Below are positions 56,873-64,000 of a stretch of DNA of 64,000 nt, one piece after another. Within the stretch, counting starts at the first letter, position 1; each line of letters starts with the position of its first letter. This stretch comes from an uncultured Planctomycetota bacterium. GTDB taxonomy: Bacteria; Planctomycetota; Planctomycetia; Gemmatales; Gemmataceae. The notes beneath the pieces were generated by a model. That model worked only from the letters and a program-made list of their open reading frames with translations. It was not told where the DNA came from and made no database searches. Both the position numbers and the translations under genes were made by a program. The stretch spans positions 1 to 64,000 of the forward strand of contig CAWKHF010000003.1 of NCBI GenBank assembly GCA_963849325.1. The letters run 5' to 3'.

Positions 56873-57208
56873 GTGCCCGGCAAGAAATCCGTCCGCCTAC
56901 CCAACCGCCGACGGCGTCTTGGCGTCACCGGCTACCGTGGGGTCGTCGAACTGACCCACACCCGCTGGCTCGCCTGCGTCTCCAAGAATAGCCGCAAGTA
57001 CACCCTGGGTACTTTCGATTCGCCGCACCACGCCGCCGTGGCGGTGAATGTCGGCACCGAACTGCTCTATCCTGGAGTGCCGGCCCCGTACCTGAATGCC
57101 GTGCCCGACGAGCATCTGCCCGGCCCCGAATTGGCCCAGACCATCCGCCAGGAGGTCATCTGCCGCCTGGCCCGCTACGGCCTGGTACCCGCCGCGCCCC
57201 CGACCTGA
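56873..57208 (+). CDS. Stand-alone AP2 DNA-binding domain protein
   Basis: RBS AAGGAGG, then TGYRGV...WLACVSKNSRKYTLGTFDSPHHAAVAVN. Confidence 0.7.
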   Translation: MPGKKSVRLPNRRRRLGVTGYRGVVELTHTRWLACVSKNSRKYTLGTFDSPHHAAVAVNVGTELLYPGVPAPYLNAVPDEHLPGPELAQTIRQEVICRLARYGLVPAAPPT

Positions 57209-57432
57209 AACGGGCCAGGCGACGACAGCCGCTGTCACCGGGTAGTCTCCCCTGCATAGATCGTGGTTGCGGCCGTCCTCGCCGCTGCCTCGGCCCGCCC
57301 CCTCCGATCCGTTTCGGATCCCACAGGCCGCCCGCGACCACCCCAGAATCCCAGGGATTATCCGGGTAATGCAGACAGAGGAGACATCTGTGACGGCCCG
57401 CGATCACCGTATGTTCTGAAAGGAGCAACCCC

Positions 57433-57885
57433 ATGAGAGATCAAACTGCTCTGGCGACCGGACCGGACGAAGTCGTCTTGGCTCTGGTGGACGACATTCG
57501 CACGCGGCTCAAGGGGGCCGATATCTCCGCTGCGGCCGCTGTCTACCGGAGTTTCGACGACCACGCCGCCCTGGGGGCCGCCATCGTGGAGGCTGCCGCC
57601 GAGACAGCCGGGACGGATCGCTCCTTCGAGGACGGCGTCCGGCGGTCCTGGTCGCCGACCCGGAGCGAGGAGTTCGCCTTCACCCGCCTCATCACGGAGT
57701 ACGAGGCCGTCTTCTGGTCCGTCCGCCGTGACCTCCTACAGAGCCACGCCGGGTTGACCCGCGGCCTCCCGTCCGATTCCCTCCGGGACTTCCTCGCGGC
57801 CCTGGACCGTCAGGTTCGCCGCGAACTCCTGGCCCGCATTCAGGCCGTGCCGCCTTCCCTGCCCGGGTTGACCCGCACAGCGTGA
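57433..57885 (+). CDS. Hypothetical protein
   Basis: AAGGAG RBS and a 150 aa helical ORF. Confidence 0.6.
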   Translation: MRDQTALATGPDEVVLALVDDIRTRLKGADISAAAAVYRSFDDHAALGAAIVEAAAETAGTDRSFEDGVRRSWSPTRSEEFAFTRLITEYEAVFWSVRRDLLQSHAGLTRGLPSDSLRDFLAALDRQVRRELLARIQAVPPSLPGLTRTA

Positions 57886-57934
57886 GCCCGGTGTAACACC
57901 AGGCAACGTCGCCCGATGGACTACGAGGTACGCC

Positions 57935-58545
57935 ATGCTGGCCCAGCCATCCGCCCTCTACACCACGATCCGCCGTGGGTTTCTCCAGTACGAAAACCCG
58001 CCGCCGGCCGTCGTCGAGGCAACCCGGCAGATCAGCCGAGCTTTCACGGCCCGCGGCGACGCCTTTCTCGCCAACGGCGAGTATCATCTGGCCGTCAGCG
58101 ACTACGGCGACGCCCTGAACCACCGCTTCCGAGGCCAGGGGGGCTGTCTGTACAACCCCGAGGCCCACCGGAACCGCAAGCATGGCCTGGCCTGCCTGGA
58201 GTGGTTCTTTCTGTCCAAGGGCAACCCGACCACCCCAACCCGGCCATGCCGACCTGGGCCCGCGACGCCGTTCGCAAGGCCAAGGTGCCGCACGGCTATC
58301 TCGTGGTAGCCGACGACAAAAGCATCCTGGTCCACGGCCCGCTCACTCCGGAGGCTCGCGAAGAGGCCATCGCGTTCGCCGACGAATTGGCCAATTCCCC
58401 CGACCTGCGGTTCAAGATCGACAACCTTTACCTGGCCGAGTCGGACGAGTTCGACAGGGTGGTCTATCGCCACGACGGAACAACCCTGGAAGAAGTGTAC
58501 CGGGCCCCTGCCCGCGACGAACACGGAGAACTCGTCCGCAAATGA
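57935..58545 (+). CDS. Hypothetical TPR-like protein, paralog A; frameshift near 58230
   Basis: GDAFLANGEYHLAVSDYGDAL plus a C-terminal domain shared with 59638-60213. Confidence 0.6.
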
Positions 58546-58573
58546 TTTCGTGAACCTTCGAGGATACGGCACC

Positions 58574-59498
58574 ATGGATTTTGAAGCAGGAAACCCGGCG
58601 GGATCTTCCCCACCCCTGGAAGGGGTCGGCCGGGTGTACGAGGCCTACGCCCGGAGCCTGGAGGAAGTCTCCGGAACGGACGGGCCGGTGGCTGTTGAGA
58701 TTCCGGAGGAGTTCCGGCCGATACCGCTGGACGAGGGGCTACAGGCGTTGCGGGAGCAGACACAGGAACTCTGCCGCCTCGGCTTCGCCCTCCGCAACAG
58801 CCTGGCCGATCTCCTCTATGCATCAATCGGCACCGAACTAGGCGAGTATCACCGCACCGGCGAAGCCAGGCCGAATCCGGAGCTGGCCGGCAAGTTGCGG
58901 GAAACGAGCCACGCCTTGCAGGGTTGCCTGGCCCTCAGTGTGCAGGCCGCCTGGCTGCTCCGCCACTACCGGTGCTTGCCCGAGTTCCTCAAGCTTGCCG
59001 TAACCCCAACCGCCGACCTGCACCCGGACTGGCGACCGCCCGAACTGGGCCAGCCCGTGCCGCTGACCGACCCCGGATTGCCTGCCGAACTCGGCATCCC
59101 GCCACTCTCCCGGCCGCTGGACGATATGGCGAGGCAGCTCGGGGAGAACACGCGGCCGCCGCAACAGGCGGAGACGCATCTCCCTGAGGTTACCGGAATC
59201 CCTCCACCCCCGGCCCTACGCCGAGGGCATGCGACTCGTCTGGGACCACGCCGCGAAGGCGACGCGGGCGGCCGCCGCCCTGGCCCTGGCCGCCCTCTGT
59301 CAGACCATCGTCCGCACCGAGCTGGGGGAGGCCGCCCGCACCGGGTCGGTGGCCCCGGCCCCGGGACTGCCTCCGCTGGTCAGAGCTGCCGGGACCACTG
59401 CCTGCCTGCTGCTGGAAGAAGGGTGGAACATTGCGGGGTGTTTGTGCAGCCAGCCCAGACTGGACGAACTCGTGACCGGCCCCCGGCCGCACGGCTGA
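58574..59498 (+). CDS. Hypothetical protein; probable frameshift near 59210
   Basis: Protein-like ORF that continues in a second frame to 59498. Confidence 0.5.
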
Positions 59499-59637
59499 AT
59501 GCTCACGGCCGCCCCACCAAAGTTCGCCCTGGATGAACGGCGGAGTCTCCCGTTTGCCAGGAGGTACGAGTCGATTCAAGCGGCAGTCCCAAGTGCGGCC
59601 GCCGCCCGCCTGCTCAAGCTCAAGAGGGAATCCCACC

Positions 59638-60213
59638 ATGCCTGACATCACACCGCTCCATAGTTTCCGGCGACCGGACCCAGATCGACAATTGGCCGTA
59701 AAGAACCCTGGCGAATTTCACCTTTGCAACTCCTTCATAAGCCACACGTTCCAGGCTTGCGGCCGGTCGTTTCAGGACTGTGGCGAGTACCCTCAGGCAA
59801 TTGCCAGCTACGGGTTGGCCATTGAGTTTGACGACATCGACGAGAGGGTGGCCGAGGCGAAGCGTGACGTGCATCGTGCCATCAACCTCCTCTTCGATCC
59901 CAGCCTGGCTGAGCGGCACCCCTGGCCGGGCGACGGCTTTGCCCAGGCTCTTGTCCAAAGAATGGCTCTCCCCGACGGCTACCATGTGGTCGGCGGCGGC
60001 AACATCCTCGCCTCCTACCCGGCAACAGAACAAGGGTTACGGGCGGCCATCGCGGATGTCGACCACGTTGCGAGGGATGAAGGACTGCGACGCGACCTGT
60101 TCCACCAGAGGCTGACGGAGGACTACAAGTTCGACCCCGTGGTCTACCGCTGCGAGGGAGAGCTGGTCACAAAAGTTCAGGAGGTTCCCACAGCAGCCGC
60201 ATCCAAGGAGTGA
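59638..60213 (+). CDS. Hypothetical TPR-like protein, paralog B
   Basis: GRSFQDCGEYPQAIASYGLAI plus PDGYHVV...FDPVVYR. Confidence 0.65.
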   Translation: MPDITPLHSFRRPDPDRQLAVKNPGEFHLCNSFISHTFQACGRSFQDCGEYPQAIASYGLAIEFDDIDERVAEAKRDVHRAINLLFDPSLAERHPWPGDGFAQALVQRMALPDGYHVVGGGNILASYPATEQGLRAAIADVDHVARDEGLRRDLFHQRLTEDYKFDPVVYRCEGELVTKVQEVPTAAASKE

Positions 60214-60251
60214 TCTTCTTGATCGATCCGCCCGCGAACGATGGAATGCGC

Positions 60252-60562
60252 ATGACTGAAGAGCAACCATTCGTGGGCGTATCTTCCGCCGAATCCGTCC
60301 CCCACGCCTGGCACGACCGGAAGGGGTCCGACGCATCGATCGCCTGGTACGGCGGCAAGTACTACCTGGCCGAATGGATCATCGGTCAGGTTCCGCCGCA
60401 CCGGGATTACGTCGAGCCTTTGGGGGCATGGCCAACGTCCTCCTGAAAAAGCACCCCAGCGAGGTCGAGGTTCTCAAAAACCTGGACGGCCGGGTGGTCA
60501 CGCACGTGCAGTTCTCCAACTCCGGCGGTTGCCAACGCGAACTGTTATGGATGAACGGATGA
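60252..60562 (+). pseudogene. Dam-like (D12 class) adenine methyltransferase remnant with a large internal deletion
   Basis: WYGGKYYLA...YVEP, then directly the terminal RELLWMN. The DPPY core is missing. Confidence 0.75.
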
Positions 60563-60670
60563 GTCACCGGACGTGGCGACACGCAGCCCGGAAACCGGCC
60601 GACGATCCGACCTGGCAAACCGGCATGCACGATCTCGAGCAGTCCCGCCCCGGCGACGAGTCGGGCGATA

Positions 60671-61357
60671 ATGGGACTGATGGCCCATAACCCGATTGGG
60701 AAAAGGAACCATGCACGACAATACACCCTGCCCGCGCTAATCGCCGCACTGCACCGACACCTTGGCGTCGTCTTTCACACCGCCACCGGCCTGGAACTCG
60801 GGGCCATTTCGGAGGCCCCGTTGCCGCCGAAGCCCACCCACGCCGCAGTGGTGCGTGATGTCGGCTCCCGCGTGGATCGGTTCGTCCGGTCGGCCGTCGT
60901 CGAGAACGCCTGGCGGATCCTGCACTACCGAAACCTCCGCTCACTCCTGGCGGAGGGGCCGACCGGTGACGACGGCGGGATGGGGGTAATGGGCGAAGCC
61001 GCGGCCAAGCGGCTCGGCCGGGACTTTCACTTCGGAACCCCCGCCGCCGAGGTATTGCAGCGGTACCGATTACCGGACCTCAAAGAGCCGCTGCGGCTGT
61101 ACGACGACTACCTGGGCAGCCTGCAGCGCGACCGCTGGGGGGCAGTGACCGTCCGCCGCATCCCGACCGCAATCTGCCCGCGGCCCTACCCGGAGGCTCT
61201 CGCCACGATCGGCAGCCACGCCCAGGAGGCTTTGCGGCTCGCTGGCGAACTTTCGCCGCGGATCGCGGACGTTTATCGACTGGGCCCGGTCCGAAGAGCA
61301 ACAATCCAAGCCGGCGACGGGCCACGCAGTCGATCTTCCGCAGCCCCCTCGGGTTGA
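60671..61357 (+). CDS. Hypothetical protein (start uncertain)
   Basis: Long ORF co-oriented with its neighbours. Confidence 0.45.
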   Translation: MGLMAHNPIGKRNHARQYTLPALIAALHRHLGVVFHTATGLELGAISEAPLPPKPTHAAVVRDVGSRVDRFVRSAVVENAWRILHYRNLRSLLAEGPTGDDGGMGVMGEAAAKRLGRDFHFGTPAAEVLQRYRLPDLKEPLRLYDDYLGSLQRDRWGAVTVRRIPTAICPRPYPEALATIGSHAQEALRLAGELSPRIADVYRLGPVRRATIQAGDGPRSRSSAAPSG

Positions 61358-61499
61358 ACCGCCCGGCCCCGCCTGAACCGGCCCAAACCCAACCGTTCTC
61401 CCCTCCCCCCCGTTTGTGTCCCTTCCGCCGGGTAAGCCTCTGTGAACGAGGTTTTGGCGGCTCGCCTCGCGAGCCTTCCCCTCTCACAGGAGCTACGCC

Positions 61500-62150
61500 G
61501 TGACGCCACAATTCACCACGCCGCATATCATCGACGTGGCCCGGCTCCACGCCGGGTTTCTCACCATCCTGCCCGCCGTCGAGCGCCACGCCCGGTTCGC
61601 CCTCCGGCACTTGCACAGCTACCACGACCGCGAAGATGCCGTCGCCGAGACGGTCGCCGTGGCCTGGGCATGGTTCATCCGGCTGGCCCGGCGCGGCAAG
61701 GATGCCGCCACCTTCCCGTCGGCCCTCGCGTCTTACGCTTCCCGTCACGTCAAGAGTGGCCGACGCCTCTGCGGAACCGGGCAGGCCAGGGACGTGATGT
61801 CACCGACCGCGAGACGGCGGCGCGGCTTCTCGGTCGAGCGGCTTCCGCAAGCGTGTTCGCCCGGCCAGCCGGCCTGGGAGGAGGCTTTGATCGATAACAC
61901 CCAGTCCCCGGTCCCCGACCAGGTCGCCTTCCGGGTGGACTTCCCCGACTGGTTGGACACGCTCGGCGAGCGGGACCGCCGGATCACGGAGGCGATGGCG
62001 TCGGGGCATCGGACTCTCGACCTCGCCCGGGATTTCGACGTGAGCCCCGGCCGGGTCAGCCAGCTGCGGCGGGATCTCCAACACTCCTGGCATCGCTTCC
62101 ATGCGGAGGCGGGGACGGGAACCCCACGAAACACCGTCACGGCGGCTTGA
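61500..62150 (+). CDS. Sigma-70/ECF-like DNA-binding protein
   Basis: REDAVAETVAVAW (region 2-like) and LARDFDVSPGRVSQLRR (region 4-like HTH); RBS AGGAG. Confidence 0.6.
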   Translation: MTPQFTTPHIIDVARLHAGFLTILPAVERHARFALRHLHSYHDREDAVAETVAVAWAWFIRLARRGKDAATFPSALASYASRHVKSGRRLCGTGQARDVMSPTARRRRGFSVERLPQACSPGQPAWEEALIDNTQSPVPDQVAFRVDFPDWLDTLGERDRRITEAMASGHRTLDLARDFDVSPGRVSQLRRDLQHSWHRFHAEAGTGTPRNTVTAA

Positions 62151-62192
62151 AATGGGAACATCTGCCCCGCAATTCTGTGAGCTATTCCCACC

Positions 62193-62765
62193 ATGAACCC
62201 TCACACCGAAGTAGCGAGGGCAGCCCGAATCGCCAGCACCCTCATCGACGCGGCCCTAGCAAACAAGGACATTCAGGGCTATCTCCGAGACCTGACCTCG
62301 CCGCGGCTCTGGACCGTTGATGGAATTCACCGCAACCCGACGTGTCGGATCGAATGGGAATTCGTCACAGTCATCGGCGGGGTCGGTGAGTCCCTGGCTG
62401 CCGCACGGCACAAGAATTGGGGACGGTTTCTCGGCGTTCAGCCCCTGGAGCCGGATGCCCCGGTACACTGGTGCCGCATCCTCTACATCTACAAGGACAC
62501 CAGCCCGTATAACCGCCGGGTCGAACAGCGGAAGGCCCTGAAGCGAATCCTGGGCCGCGAGCACCGCAAGCTGGTCACTCTCGCCGCCCGGTCCACCAAG
62601 AAGGACTTCCTGGCCCGCCACCTGACCGAAGCCGGAGCGTACGCCATCCGCCGTCGCCTCCGTCTCGATCCCGGCCAGTTCTGGCGTGCCGCCCGGGGCA
62701 ATGACTTTCTCGACCTGCCGCGGCCCTCGCGGCAACTCCTCCTGTTTCTGGATGGACCTCCCTGA
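62193..62765 (+). CDS. Hypothetical protein
   Basis: 190 aa basic ORF. Confidence 0.6.
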   Translation: MNPHTEVARAARIASTLIDAALANKDIQGYLRDLTSPRLWTVDGIHRNPTCRIEWEFVTVIGGVGESLAAARHKNWGRFLGVQPLEPDAPVHWCRILYIYKDTSPYNRRVEQRKALKRILGREHRKLVTLAARSTKKDFLARHLTEAGAYAIRRRLRLDPGQFWRAARGNDFLDLPRPSRQLLLFLDGPP

Positions 62766-63152
62766 ACCAGAGCTGCCGGCCGCCTCACCTCTTGCCGCCC
62801 TCACCCGTCCTGGGCCGGCGGCGGGGGTAGGCAGCGCCGGGCAGGCGGCACCCGACCGATCGCTCGAATTCGCGTTCCGCGTCACCGGGCTCGGAACAGA
62901 CCACTCAGTCCAGGGACAGGAACCCACTCATGGCCGGAGGCAAGATTCAGGCCGGGCAAAATGGGGCAATAGCGACCGGCTCTGCGTCCACGGGTACCGC
63001 GAACTCACCCAGGCCGAATGCCGGGCTAGGGAGATTCCGCACCACGGCATGTGCTGGCACGTCCTCGAATGCACGAGCTGCGGACGCCGCCTTTCCTACG
63101 ACTCCGGGGACTGATTCCGGTCCCCTTCACCCGCTTCTGGTGACACGACCCG

Positions 63153-63385
63153 ATGAAGCCGCGCAACCTCCTGACGCGGAGCAACGGCAAACTGGGCGAG
63201 GGCATTCACGCCTGGTCCCTGCCCGCCGTGGAAACCTGCCCCGGCCATTCCGCCCTGTGCGAGCGAGTCTGTTACGCCCGTACCGGACGCTACCGCACGC
63301 AGTTCATGCAGGACCGCCTGGCGGAAAACCTGGACGCCGCCCTGGCCGAGGACTTCGTCGCCCGCGTGACGGCCGACGCCACGTC
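63153..63385 (+). pseudogene. Gp88-like protein N-terminal fragment
   Basis: NGKLG...WSLPAVETCPG...CERVCYA, cut off after about 75 aa. Confidence 0.6.
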
Positions 63386-63399
63386 CGGCCCCGCGCCCG

Positions 63400-64000
63400 G
63401 AGGAGCCGGGGCTCGGAGTTCCAGGCCATCCTGCGGATGACACGGGCCGAGTACGACGAGGCCTGCGCCTACCTCCGCTCGCTCCTCATCCCTCCCGGCG
63501 TCGCCGTCACCCTCAACGGCGGGGCACTGCGGCCGCGCAGCCCGTCCACGCCTTCGAGGCGAGCCTGGAGACGGAGGCTGCCGACGGGGAAGGAATCCTG
63601 CGCCGCCGGGTCCGCAAGGCCCGGGTGGAACTTTACGACCCGCTGCCCGGCGAGACGCCCACCCTGTACGAGTTGGGGCTGCCGGTGGTCGAGACGGCCG
63701 ACCGGTGGCACGTCAACGTCGGCCAGAAGGTGCCGCTGACCTTGAGCCGCGATAACGTGCCGCCTGCTTACCTGCGGGCACTGCGTACCCTGGTTCTCAA
63801 CGAGATGCACCGGCGGCTGAGTGAGGAGGACGTAAATGCCTCCTGGGTCCAGCAGGCCACGTCCGACCCCGAATGCTCACACGTGGCCATCACGACGTTC
63901 CTGGACCTCCGCTTCGGGACGAACCGGGCCTCCTACGACCCGACCGACCCCGAGGCGAACAAGGCGGTCCAGGCGGCCGGCGGCACCATCGTAACTGGGA
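63400..64000 (+). pseudogene. Fragment of an uncharacterised (possibly GHKL-ATPase-associated) protein lacking its N-terminus; runs off the window
   Basis: LYELGLPVVET...WHVNVGQKVPL...RDNV, with no start codon or RBS and a frameshift near 63540. Confidence 0.4.

Larger units (their letters stand above)
47290..64000 (+). mobile_element. Decaying integrated prophage/satellite-like element (extends beyond the window)
   Basis: DUF2924, recombinase, ParB-MTase, terminase, primase/helicase and orphan genes, nearly all on the + strand. The left boundary is approximate. Confidence 0.75.

Noticed and set aside
62930-63114. Possible small Cys/His-rich protein (CVH...CWH..CTSC)
   Set aside because: It needs a frameshift to join its start and has no recognisable family, so it is left uncalled.

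Overview
High-GC bacterial DNA that looks like Planctomycetota, probably Gemmataceae-like. The evidence is the LESLEERVTP export motif, the ECF sigma/Ser-Thr kinase/FHA genes, DUF1080 and the sulfatase. Many conserved genes carry single-base frameshifts, which points to an unpolished long-read consensus. Positions 1-46 kb are host chromosome: a sigma-54 response regulator, HD-GYP protein, CPBP protease, GT2, FtsH, a HEPN-like gene pair, a beta-CASP nuclease, a complete Wsp-like chemosensory operon with a hybrid-kinase output, an ECF-kinase-FHA module, an esterase, a GH13, and a co-oriented TPR-sulfotransferase / giant Ig-repeat surface protein / sulfatase trio. From about 47.3 kb to the window end lies a decaying integrated element. 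It carries DUF2924, a deleted serine recombinase, a ParB-methyltransferase, TerS/TerL with no visible portal or capsid, an iteron-like repeat cluster, primase- and helicase-like genes and many orphans. Scattered through the window are at least seven palindromes built from short tandem repeats (three inside coding sequences), two copies of a TNA-target MITE and several IS remnants. I found no rRNA, intact tRNA or CRISPR array. All family assignments come from motif recognition by eye, not from database searches.
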